Source: Gemmata obscuriglobus (GTDB taxonomy: Bacteria > Planctomycetota > Planctomycetia > Gemmatales > Gemmataceae). Taken from it: 32,000 bases of DNA. The DNA is taken from the NCBI RefSeq assembly GCF_008065095.1, contig NZ_CP042911.1:8400001-8432000 (forward strand). Reading direction: 5' to 3'. This document shows, in pieces, positions 6,935 through 15,299 of the stretch (positions are counted from its first letter, which is position 1; the number at the start of each line of letters is the position of its first letter). A program made the position numbers and the translations under genes. Under the pieces are notes generated by a model. It worked only from the letters and a program-made list of their open reading frames with translations. It was not told the origin of the DNA and did no database searches.

Positions 6935-8791
6935 TCAGAAATCACTGAACCCGTCGCCGGACGAATCCAGTTCGTGGCCCCGCGCGTGGCCGTTGCCGTT
7001 GCTGCTGCGCCGGTGGTTGATCGCCTTCGTGACCGCCGCCCGGGGCTTGGGGGCGGCCCCCCTCTTCGCCGGCTTCGCCGCTTTCGCGGCCGGTGCGTGT
7101 CCGCCCGGTCCCAGATTGAACCGGCCCACCAGATCGCGGAGCTGGGCCGCGTGATCGGTCAGGGTCTGGGCGGTGGCGCTCATCTCCTCGGTCTGCGAGG
7201 CGTTGCGCTGGGTGACGGTGTCCATCTGGGCCACCGCCTTGTTCACCTGCTCGATGCCCGTCGATTGCTCGCGGCTCGCGGACGCCATCTCGGTGACGAT
7301 GTCGGTGACCCGCTTGACGCTGGTGACGATCTCGGCCAGTGTGGTGCCGGACCGGTTGACCAGTTCGGTTCCCGCGTCCACCTTCTTCACGCTGTCCTGG
7401 ATCAGGGCCTTGATCTCCTTGGCCGCGGTGGCGGACCGCTGCGCCAGGTTGCGAACTTCGGTGGCGACCACCGCGAACCCGCGCCCCTGCTCCCCGGCCC
7501 GGGCCGCTTCCACCGCCGCGTTCAAGGCCAGCAGGTTGGTCTGGAACGCGATCTCGTCGATGGTGGTGATGATGTCGGCGATCTTCTTGCTGGACGCGTT
7601 GATCTCGCTCATCGCGCCGACCGCGGAACTCACCACGCTCCCGCCCTTTTCGGCGACCTCCTTGGACCCGCTGGCGAGTTGCCGCGCCTGCTGGGCGCTG
7701 TCGGCGCTCTGCCGCACGGTTGAGGTAATCTGTTGCAGGGTGCTGGCGGTCTCCTCCAGGCTGCTGGCCTGCTGCTGCGCGCCGGTGGAGATTTCTTCGC
7801 TCGCGGCGGACAACTGCCCGGACGCGTCCGCCAGCTCCTCGGCCACTTCCCGCACGCCTTCCAGCGCGGACCGCACGCTCCCCACGGCCTCGTTCAGCGC
7901 CGCCCCCACCTGTCCGAGGTCGTCGTTACCGAGGGCCGGCATGGTTTGGGCGAAGTCGCCCGCCGCCATCCGGTTGACGGCCCCCAGCACCACCGCCACC
8001 TTGCGCTTCTGCTCGGTGATGTCGGTGGCGAACTTGACCACCTTGTACGGCTTCCCGTCGGTGCCCACGATCGGGTTGTACGAGGCCTGGACCCACAACT
8101 CCTTGCCGCCCTTGCCGACCCGCTTGAACTCGCCCGCCACGTACTCCCCGCGGTTCAGCTTGGCCCAGAACTCGCGGAACTCGGGGCCGGACGCGTGCGC
8201 CGGCTCCACGAACATGCTGTAGTGCCGCCCCTGGATCTCGTGCGCCGCGTACCCGAAGATCGTCAGGAAGGTGTCGTTGGCCGAGACGACGGTGCCGTCG
8301 AGGTTGAACTCGATCACCGCCATCGCCTTGCGGATGGCCGCGATCTGCCCGTGGTAGTCGGCGTTCGCCGCCTCCAGTGCGAGCCGCTTCGTGACCACGT
8401 CCCAGGTGACCATGGTGCCCAGCCGAGCGCCGGTCGCCGAAAACAACGGCTTCACGCGCAGCTCGAGCGTCTCCGGCCCGAGTCGGATGAGCGTCGACGG
8501 CGGGATGGTGTCGGGGCTCGTGAGGGTTCGCCGGACGTTCTCGGGGCGCTTGTGGAACACGTCGATCGACTGCCCCACCAGCGACTCGGCCCGGACCGGC
8601 AGGTGCTCTTGCAGCGCCTTCAAGGTTCGGAGGGTGGCCGCGTTGGCGTACCGGATCACGAACTGCGTGTCGCAGAACATGACGTTGAATTCGACGGCAT
8701 CCAGGATGTGCGCCGGCACCTCGGCGGGCAGCGCCCCGGCTCCCTTGGCGGCGGTCCGTCCCGCGGCGGGCGTGTGGCTGAAAAAGCCCAT
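6935..8791 (-). CDS. Soluble methyl-accepting chemotaxis protein with two PAS domains (618 aa)
   Basis: The MCP signalling hairpin is present ([44 protein letters not shown]). Two PAS-like regions are visible ([18 protein letters not shown]..., [22 protein letters not shown]...). I see no hydrophobic TM segment. The ATG is at 8789-8791. Confidence 0.95.
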   Translation of the reverse strand: MGFFSHTPAAGRTAAKGAGALPAEVPAHILDAVEFNVMFCDTQFVIRYANAATLRTLKALQEHLPVRAESLVGQSIDVFHKRPENVRRTLTSPDTIPPSTLIRLGPETLELRVKPLFSATGARLGTMVTWDVVTKRLALEAANADYHGQIAAIRKAMAVIEFNLDGTVVSANDTFLTIFGYAAHEIQGRHYSMFVEPAHASGPEFREFWAKLNRGEYVAGEFKRVGKGGKELWVQASYNPIVGTDGKPYKVVKFATDITEQKRKVAVVLGAVNRMAAGDFAQTMPALGNDDLGQVGAALNEAVGSVRSALEGVREVAEELADASGQLSAASEEISTGAQQQASSLEETASTLQQITSTVRQSADSAQQARQLASGSKEVAEKGGSVVSSAVGAMSEINASSKKIADIITTIDEIAFQTNLLALNAAVEAARAGEQGRGFAVVATEVRNLAQRSATAAKEIKALIQDSVKKVDAGTELVNRSGTTLAEIVTSVKRVTDIVTEMASASREQSTGIEQVNKAVAQMDTVTQRNASQTEEMSATAQTLTDHAAQLRDLVGRFNLGPGGHAPAAKAAKPAKRGAAPKPRAAVTKAINHRRSSNGNGHARGHELDSSGDGFSDF

Positions 8792-9215
8792 AACGTGTCA
8801 CTGGTCCGGAGGAGGTAGCGATTCAGGTCGCGTGCCGAATTCGGAAGCGGCCCAGCAGCCCCGCTCGCACGGGCCGGCTGGGCCGCTTTCGCCGGCGGGC
8901 GACCGAAGCGGCGCGAATCGCCGCGCGGCCGGCAGGAGCGGGGCACGCGCTCCCGGTCGCACGGACGACCGCTTTCGAACAACGGAACGGGGCGCCGTAT
9001 GCTCACCGGCGGCCCCGACTAATAGGATCGATTCCTTCCGCACGGATTTGCTCACACCATAATTCGCTGGCCTGGGCCGGGTCGAATGTCTCGGTGGGGA
9101 GCAAGTTTGCGGCCGATGTGCCCGACGGACTTGGCAACGCCGGGGGCCGCCGGTTAGGTTGGTGGCGTGATCTGCGACTTGTTCCCGCCCCGCTCGTCCG
9201 CACCAGGAGAGGTCA

Positions 9216-9590
9216 TTGAGCCGCTACGCCCGCAGCCAGGTGTCCGGCCCCGCAATGGGGCTGCTGGTGACCGCCGCCATCAGCGTCACGGCTCTCATCG
9301 TGGCGCTCATCATTGATGTCGTCATTCTGGCCACCTTTCGCCTCGAACCACCGCAGAAGACGCAGGTGGTCGTCCGGACCACGTGGGGCGCGGCGATGCT
9401 GGTGGCCAACTTCGTGATCATCAACGGGGCGCTCCGCATGAAACAACTGGAGAGCCACCCGCTCGCGCTGACCGCGTGCGTCCTCGGTATGATCCCGTGC
9501 CTCGGCCCGTGCTTCGTTCTCGGCCTCCCGTTCGGCATTTGGGGGCTCACCGTGTTGAACGAGCCTCGGGTCCGGCGGGCCTTCCGGTGA
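9216..9590 (+). CDS. Small integral membrane protein, function unknown (124 aa)
   Basis: A TTG at 9216 follows AGGAG (9205-9209). There are three or four hydrophobic segments, and third-position G/C bias is strong. Alternative starts are the GTG at 9240 and the ATG at 9255. Confidence 0.65.
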   Translation: MSRYARSQVSGPAMGLLVTAAISVTALIVALIIDVVILATFRLEPPQKTQVVVRTTWGAAMLVANFVIINGALRMKQLESHPLALTACVLGMIPCLGPCFVLGLPFGIWGLTVLNEPRVRRAFR

Positions 9591-9632
9591 CGAACCCGAA
9601 GTTGCGGTGAGGCAGACCCGAACGGGCGACGG

Positions 9633-10670
9633 TCAGCCCGCGCGGCTCGCTGACCGGCACAGCGCCTCCAGCACCGCGCGGGGCTTGCCGGCGTCGAGCG
9701 CGGCTTCGGCCCGCTCCACCCCCTCTCGGAGAGTCTGCACGGCTTCCGCGGCCCACAGGGCGGCCGCCGCGTTCGCCAGCACGATCCGCCGGGCCGGGCC
9801 GTCCGCGCCCGCCAGCACCCCGCGAACGGCGGCCGCGCTCTCGGTCGCGTCTTGCGCGCGGATCGCCGCGAGCGGCACAGGGGCCAAACCGAACTCCGAC
9901 GGCTGCCACTCGCGGGCCTCGTACTCGTTGCCGCGCACGACCCGCACCATCGTCGGTGCCGTCAGACTCACCTCATCCAGCCCATCCCGGCTACACACCA
10001 AAACCGCTTGCCGGACGCCCAGCCGCGCCAGCGCCGCCGCCAACGGGTCTAACAACTCAGATTTTCCCACGCCGAGAAGTTGGTACGGTGCATTGGCCGG
10101 GTTCGCCAGCGGCCCCAGCAGGTTGAACAGGGTTCGAACGCCGAGCTTCTTCCGGAGGGCGGAAACGTGGGCCATGCCGCGGTGAAAGTGCGGGGCGAAG
10201 CAGAACGCGAACCCGGTGCGGTCGAGGCACTGCTGCGCCCACTCGGGGCCGGCTTCGATCGGTACGCCGAGTTCGCGCAGCACGTCCGCGCTGCCGGACT
10301 TGCTCGAAACGGCGCGGCCCCCATGCTTTACCACGGGGACGCCCGCGCCGCACGCCACGAGGGCCGCCGCGGTGCTGATGTTGAACGTCCCGCTGTCGTC
10401 GCCGCCGGTCCCGCAGGTGTCGAGCACCGGCCCGGACACCGGCACGAGCTGGAGCATCTGCTCGCGCAGCACGAGGGCCGCCGCGGCCACCTCCTCCGCC
10501 GTTTCCCCCTTCATGCGGAGGGCGGTGATGAACGCCGCGCCGCGAACCTCGTCCACCCGCCCGGCGACGAGGTCGCGGACCGCGTCGGTGACCTCGGCCG
10601 CGGTCAGGTGCCGCCCGGACAGGAGCGCCGAAAACAGTTCGGGGAACCAAGTTGGGGTCGGTAGCTCCAA
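9633..10670 (-). CDS. trpD: Anthranilate phosphoribosyltransferase
   Basis: Diagnostic motifs are present: DTCGTGGDDSGTFNISTAAALVACGAGVPVVKHGGRAVSSKSGSADVL and FCFAPHFH. The TTG start is at 10668-10670. Confidence 0.95.
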   Translation of the reverse strand: MELPTPTWFPELFSALLSGRHLTAAEVTDAVRDLVAGRVDEVRGAAFITALRMKGETAEEVAAAALVLREQMLQLVPVSGPVLDTCGTGGDDSGTFNISTAAALVACGAGVPVVKHGGRAVSSKSGSADVLRELGVPIEAGPEWAQQCLDRTGFAFCFAPHFHRGMAHVSALRKKLGVRTLFNLLGPLANPANAPYQLLGVGKSELLDPLAAALARLGVRQAVLVCSRDGLDEVSLTAPTMVRVVRGNEYEAREWQPSEFGLAPVPLAAIRAQDATESAAAVRGVLAGADGPARRIVLANAAAALWAAEAVQTLREGVERAEAALDAGKPRAVLEALCRSASRAG

Positions 10671-10751
10671 GACACACGCCCTACAGGGGTGAAAGACCGG
10701 TGTACCTCGCGAAATGCTATCGCGCGGATACCGAAAGCTGCAATTTTTCTC

Positions 10752-10780
10752 TTCCGCTGTGAACAGTTGTTACTTATACT
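10752..10780 (+). promoter_or_regulatory. Candidate lexA promoter with embedded SOS-box-like site
   Basis: This is an AT-rich patch in a GC-rich genome. TATACT lies at 10775-10780 and a weak -35 (TTCCGC) at 10752-10757, 17 nt apart. GAACagttGTTA at 10761-10772 matches the GAAC-N4-GTTC LexA box at 7 of 8 positions and sits in the spacer. Confidence 0.3.
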
Positions 10781-10943
10781 TCCATTCATGTAGTGGACGG
10801 GTGTAGCGATTGTTCCGGTCGGGCAACCTGGGGTAGATCGAATGCTCGCGACGCCGTCCGCCACCGAACACGAACCCGCCGACAGCACGGACATCCTCTC
10901 GGTGGGCCGTCTGTCCGCTCCATCCGCCTTCGGAGACGACCCC

Positions 10944-11573
10944 ATGTCGGAGCGCGTGCAACTCACGCCCAAGCAGCAGTCGATCTACAACTACATCCGC
11001 AAGCACATCGAGGAAAAGGGGTTCCCGCCCGCGATCCGAGACATCTGCACGGAGTTCGGCATCTCCTCGCCCAACGGCGTGATGTGCCACCTGAAGGCGC
11101 TGCAGACGAAGGGGTACATCAACCGCGTCCAGAAGGGCGAGAACTCGCAAAAGGCGCAAGCCCGCGGGATCACCATCCCGGGAGTTACGTCTGGTGGGTT
11201 CAGCCTGCCGTTCGTCGGCGTGGTTGCCGCGGGCAAGGCCATTGAGTCCGCCGAGGACGATCAGCGGCTCGAAATGCGCGAACTGTTCGGCAGTGAGGAC
11301 CTGTTTGTCGTGAAGGTGCGCGGCACGTCCATGATCGAAGGGCACATTGCGGACGGCGACTTTGTGGTGATCCGCAAGGCCGAGACGTGTGAAAACGGCG
11401 AGAAAGTTGTCGCAATGATTGAGAAGGCGATGACGCTCAAGAAATACTACAAGAAGAAGAATGAGATTCAGTTGCACCCGATGAACAGCACGATGGAGCC
11501 GATCATCGTGGACCCTTCCCGTGAGGACATCCGTATCCTCGGCATACTGGCCGGCGTCATCCGTAAGTGCTGA
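10944..11573 (+). CDS. lexA: LexA repressor (SOS regulator, S24 self-cleaving peptidase)
   Basis: The ATG at 10944 follows GGAGA (10932-10936). The N-terminal winged-helix region is LTPKQQSIYNYIRKHIEEKGFPPAIRDICTEFGISSPNGVMCHLKALQTKGYI. The cleavage region is VVAAGKAIE. The catalytic Ser is in RGTSMIEG, and the Lys region is VVAMIEKAMTLKKY. Confidence 0.95.
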   Translation: MSERVQLTPKQQSIYNYIRKHIEEKGFPPAIRDICTEFGISSPNGVMCHLKALQTKGYINRVQKGENSQKAQARGITIPGVTSGGFSLPFVGVVAAGKAIESAEDDQRLEMRELFGSEDLFVVKVRGTSMIEGHIADGDFVVIRKAETCENGEKVVAMIEKAMTLKKYYKKKNEIQLHPMNSTMEPIIVDPSREDIRILGILAGVIRKC

Positions 11574-11599
11574 TCGAGAAAATAGATGCGGCAAAGAAT

Positions 11600-11641
11600 C
11601 ACGAGCCGGATCGGCGCTTACTGGCGCCGATCCGGCTCGTG
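11600..11641 (+). terminator. Perfect 18-bp stem hairpin downstream of lexA
   Basis: cacgagccggatcggcgc (11600-11617) is the exact reverse complement of 11624-11641, with a 6-nt loop. It lies 27 nt after the lexA stop. No U-tract follows. Confidence 0.4.
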
Positions 11642-11780
11642 GCAATTGACCGAACCGACAGGACGCAAACGGTTCCGCGCACCAACTTCAGGAACCGAAC
11701 GCTTCCCGTCGATCGTTGTGCGCCACCTGTCGTGAAGGCAACTCGGTTCGCCGGTGAAAGGTGGGCGAGGGAACGGGAAC

Positions 11781-11809
11781 TTGACACGCCGTCAAGAAGC
11801 TCGACACTT
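11781..11809 (+). promoter_or_regulatory. Candidate sigma-70-type promoter of the ATPase gene, possibly giving a leaderless mRNA
   Basis: A consensus TTGACA lies at 11781-11786, then a 16-nt spacer, then GACACT at 11803-11808 (3 of 6 matches to TATAAT). The ATG at 11815 is about 7 nt downstream and has no SD. TTGAC-acgcc-GTCAA (11781-11795) forms a small palindrome over the -35. Confidence 0.3.
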
Positions 11810-11814
11810 TCCCC

Positions 11815-14800
11815 ATGCACCGCGAGATCAGTACTGTCGATGACCCGTTCCGGTCCGAGACACCGCTCGGGTTGTACCTGCTCACCGCTGTTATCGGCGG
11901 GCTGGTCGCGGCGGACCTGTGGCCCGTCGTCGCCGCGTGGCTCAAGGGCCAGGGCATTGAGACGTACACCTGGGCGCGCGAACTGTATGGGTTTCGTTAC
12001 GCGCTCGTAGCGGCCGTCATCGGCGGCGGGCGGGTGTTGTACACGTCCCTGGAATCGCTGTTCGAGGGTCGTATCGGCTCCGACCTCGCCCTCGCGATCG
12101 CGTGCCTCGCAGCCATCATCCTGAAAGAACCGGTCGTCGCCGCGGAGGTGGTCTTCATCGGGCTGGTTGGCGAGTGCCTGGAAGCGTACACGTTCTCGCG
12201 CACACAAAACGCGCTCGGCAAACTTGCGGAACTGTTCCCGACCCGGTGCTGGGTGCTGCGCGACGGCGCCGAGGTCCGCACCTTCACCGCCGACGTGATC
12301 GTCGGCGACAAGGTCGTAGTAAAGCCCGGCGGCCGGGTGCCCGTTGACGGCGTGGTAACCGACGGGCGCTCGGCGGTCGACGCGAGTGCGATCACCGGCG
12401 AGAGTCTGCCGGTCGATAAGGGGGTCGGCGACGCGGTTCTGGCCGGGAGCATCGTGCAGCAGGGCGCGCTCACCGTCGAGGCGCAGAAGGTCGCGAAGCA
12501 GACCGTCGCCGGACAGGTGATCGAACTGACCGGCCAGGCGCTCAAAGACAAGGCCCCGCTCGAACGGTACGCCGACCGGCTGGCGCGGTACTTTTTGCCG
12601 CTCGTGCTCGTGCTGGCGCTGGTCACGTTCCTGGGCAACGTCGGCTACCAAATGACCGGTACGCCGGCCCCGGGGCTTCCGAAGCCGACCCTGCGCGCCG
12701 CCGCGCAAGTGGCCGCGTACCCGGCGCTCGCGGTGCTGGTGGTCGCGTGCCCGTGCGCGCTGATCCTCGCGACCCCGGCCGCGGTGATCGCCGCGCTGGG
12801 GCGGCTGGCGGGCACCGGGGTGCTCATCAAGGGCGGGTCGGCGCTGGAGCGGCTCGCCGGCGTGACCGCGTTCGCGTTCGACAAGACCGGCACCCTCACC
12901 GAGGGGCGGCTCGAACTGGGCGACGTGATCCCCCTTTCGGGCGCCACGCCGGACCAACTTCTTGCGGTTGCGGCCGCGGCCGAGCAGCGGAGCGAGCACC
13001 CACTCGCGCGGCTCCTCGTGCGCGAGGCCAGTTCGCGTGGCCTGCCCCTCGCGACCGTTGACGAGTTCCGCGCGCACCCAGGCGCGGGCGTTACCGCCCG
13101 CGCCGAAGGCGGGGCGCTCGTCGTGGGGACGCGCCGGCTGATGGAGGAGCGGGGCGTAACGCTGCCGCCGGAGGCCGTGGCGGCGCTGGAACGGCTCGAC
13201 GCGGCCGGGCAGACATCGCTCGTCGTGGCCCGTGCGGGCGTCGTGCTGGGCGTACTCGGTGCGCGCGACACGCTCCGCCCCGAAGCCGCACACGTGCTCG
13301 CCGAACTGCGCGCGCTGGGCATCCGGCCCGTCGCACTGCTCACCGGCGACCGGGCCGCGGTGGCGCGATCGGTTGCGGAGCAACTGCCCGTGACCGAAGT
13401 CCACGCCGAAATGCTTCCGGCCCAAAAGGCGGAATGGGTAGCGGCGCAGAAGCCGGCCTCCGCTGCACCCTCCTCTCCTGGGGGGGAAACTGACAGTAAC
13501 AGTAACCCCGCCCGAGAGGAGCAACGTCCAACAACCGATCCGGTTGCAGGGCCGGTCGCAACGCGAGCCCCCGAGTCCCTCCCTGATTTCCCAGGGGAAG
13601 GGGTTGGAGGGAGAGGTTCTTCCGTTGCGTTCGTCGGCGACGGGATCAACGACGCACCCGCGCTCGCGCGGGCCGGCGTCGGGATCGCCATCGGCAGCGG
13701 AACGGACGTCGCCGCCGAGGCCGGCGACGTCGTGATGATGGGCGCCCCGCTCGCGCCGCTGCCGCTTCTCGTGAAGCTGTCGCGCGAAACGGTCCGCATC
13801 ATCCGGCAGAACATTCTGATCTTCGCGTTCGGGGTGAACCTCGTCGGCATCTTGCTGACGGGGCTGTTGTGGCCGCTGTTCGCGACCTCGCCGGAGTGGT
13901 ACGAGTCGGCCCCGCTGGTGGGCGTCATCTACCACCAGTTCGGGTCGCTGGCGGTCCTGCTGAACTCGATGCGGTTGCTCGCGTTCGACCGGGCGGACAA
14001 CCGCACCCTCTCGCGGGCCAAAGGGGCGGCGAAAGCGGTCGAGGGGTGGCTGAACCGGTTTTCGATTGACGACACCCTGCACGCCGTCGCGCACCGGTGG
14101 AAGCTGATCCGCGCCGGCGCGTTCGGGGCGTTCTTCGTCGCCCTCGCGCTCACCTCGTTCGCGCAGGTCGAAACCGACGAGGTGGGCGTGGTGCGACAGT
14201 TCGGGGCGATAACCGCGGACCTGCCGCCAGGGCTGCACGTGCGCTGGCCGTGGCCGATCGAGACCGTGACCCGCGTGCGGCCCGACGAGGTGCGCACGGT
14301 CGAACTCGGGTTTCGTGTGTTGGCGGAGCCGCAGAGCAAGAAAGCGTCTACGAGCAACACCTGGACCAGCGGGCACGGCGACGGCGTCGGGCGGCTCACC
14401 GACGAGGCCGTGATGGTCACCGGCGACGGCGACCTGGTCGAGATCCTCGCCACTGTTCGGTACCGCGCCAGCGCCCCGCGCCAGTACCTGTTCGCGGCCC
14501 GCGACCCGGACGCGCTGATGCGCTCGGCCGCCGAAGCGGTCCTGCGCGAGCTGGTCGCCAGCCGGCGGTTTCTGGAGTTGCTCACGCTCAAGCGGGCGGA
14601 ACTGGAGCGCGACGCCACGAACCGCCTGACCCAGCGCCTCGCCGAGGTCGCTCCGGAGGGGCTCGGGGTCACCCTCGAGGGGTTCACGCTGCACGACCTG
14701 CACCCGCCGCCGGAAGTGGTGAACTCGTACCACTCCGTCGCGAAGGCGATTCAGGAGCGCGACCGCACCATCAACGAGGCGCTCGCCGGCGCGCTGCGCA

Positions 14801-15231
14801 CCCGGCGCCGCTCGGAAGAAGAGGCGGACCGCATCCTGAAGCGCACCGAAGCCGAGCGGCACACGAAGGTTGAAAGCGCGAAGGCGGACCGGGACGCGTT
14901 CCTCGCGTGGCACACGGCCCGCGCGCAGTTGACCGACGCCGAGGAGGCCGCCCTCGCCGCCGAGCGGGCGAACCGAATCGCGGCGAAGCAAGATCCGGCC
15001 GCGGTGGACAAGGACCTCGCAGAGCGCCGGACCCGCACGCTGGCGGAGCGCCGCGCGCTGCTCGAAACGCGGCTGACGTACCAGACCGTCGTGGACGTGC
15101 TGAAGTCGCGCGACAAGGTCATCATCGACGCGCCCGAGGCGCCGGGCCGCCGGCACCTGTTCCTGCTCGACCCGGAACTGCTCAAGGTCCCCCAACTGGT
15201 CGCGCCGCGAACGATCGAGAAAGACCCGTGA
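11815..15231 (+). CDS. P1B-type heavy-metal-translocating P-type ATPase fused C-terminally to an HflK-like SPFH/band-7 module (1138 aa)
   Basis: This is one uninterrupted ORF. ATPase motifs are ITGESLPV, VACPCALILATP, FDKTGTLT and GDGINDAPALA. After the last ATPase TMs comes an extra TM (LIRAGAFGAFFVALALTSFAQV). An HflK-collinear region follows (EVGVVRQFG...PPGLHVRWPWPIETV, VMVTGDGDLVEILATVRYR, GFTLHDLHPPPEVVNSYHSVAKAIQER, a charged coiled coil, then SRDKVIID). Confidence 0.9.
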   Translation: MHREISTVDDPFRSETPLGLYLLTAVIGGLVAADLWPVVAAWLKGQGIETYTWARELYGFRYALVAAVIGGGRVLYTSLESLFEGRIGSDLALAIACLAAIILKEPVVAAEVVFIGLVGECLEAYTFSRTQNALGKLAELFPTRCWVLRDGAEVRTFTADVIVGDKVVVKPGGRVPVDGVVTDGRSAVDASAITGESLPVDKGVGDAVLAGSIVQQGALTVEAQKVAKQTVAGQVIELTGQALKDKAPLERYADRLARYFLPLVLVLALVTFLGNVGYQMTGTPAPGLPKPTLRAAAQVAAYPALAVLVVACPCALILATPAAVIAALGRLAGTGVLIKGGSALERLAGVTAFAFDKTGTLTEGRLELGDVIPLSGATPDQLLAVAAAAEQRSEHPLARLLVREASSRGLPLATVDEFRAHPGAGVTARAEGGALVVGTRRLMEERGVTLPPEAVAALERLDAAGQTSLVVARAGVVLGVLGARDTLRPEAAHVLAELRALGIRPVALLTGDRAAVARSVAEQLPVTEVHAEMLPAQKAEWVAAQKPASAAPSSPGGETDSNSNPAREEQRPTTDPVAGPVATRAPESLPDFPGEGVGGRGSSVAFVGDGINDAPALARAGVGIAIGSGTDVAAEAGDVVMMGAPLAPLPLLVKLSRETVRIIRQNILIFAFGVNLVGILLTGLLWPLFATSPEWYESAPLVGVIYHQFGSLAVLLNSMRLLAFDRADNRTLSRAKGAAKAVEGWLNRFSIDDTLHAVAHRWKLIRAGAFGAFFVALALTSFAQVETDEVGVVRQFGAITADLPPGLHVRWPWPIETVTRVRPDEVRTVELGFRVLAEPQSKKASTSNTWTSGHGDGVGRLTDEAVMVTGDGDLVEILATVRYRASAPRQYLFAARDPDALMRSAAEAVLRELVASRRFLELLTLKRAELERDATNRLTQRLAEVAPEGLGVTLEGFTLHDLHPPPEVVNSYHSVAKAIQERDRTINEALAGALRTRRRSEEEADRILKRTEAERHTKVESAKADRDAFLAWHTARAQLTDAEEAALAAERANRIAAKQDPAAVDKDLAERRTRTLAERRALLETRLTYQTVVDVLKSRDKVIIDAPEAPGRRHLFLLDPELLKVPQLVAPRTIEKDP

Positions 15232-15299
15232 TGCCGAACGCCGGGCCGCTCGGCGCCGCGGTCGTTCCAAACTTGCCGGTGGGCGCAACCTCCAACCGA

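Noticed and set aside
5401-6948. A 515-aa plus-strand ORF
   Set aside because: It is antisense to the ABC ATPase gene and out of frame with the ferredoxin. It has no motifs and a shadow-ORF composition.
9132-9147. TGGCAA upstream of the small membrane protein gene, considered as a sigma-54 -24 element
   Set aside because: The expected -12 TTGC(A/T) element is absent at the required spacing; the sequence there is ggggc.
13468-13616. Short complementary segments flanking the ATPase insertion (cctctcc/ggagagg and gggaaa/tttccc), considered as MITE-like terminal inverted repeats
   Set aside because: There are only 6-7 bp each, they are not collinear as one stem, and they lie in Pro/Gly-coding low-complexity DNA where such matches are expected by chance.
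11599-15288. A 1229-aa ORF on the minus strand, the longest ORF in the track
   Set aside because: It is exactly antisense to the ATPase-SPFH gene. Its translation is Arg/Gly/Pro/Ala-rich with no recognisable motif, while the plus-strand frame carries a full set of P-type ATPase and SPFH motifs. This is the classic high-GC shadow ORF.
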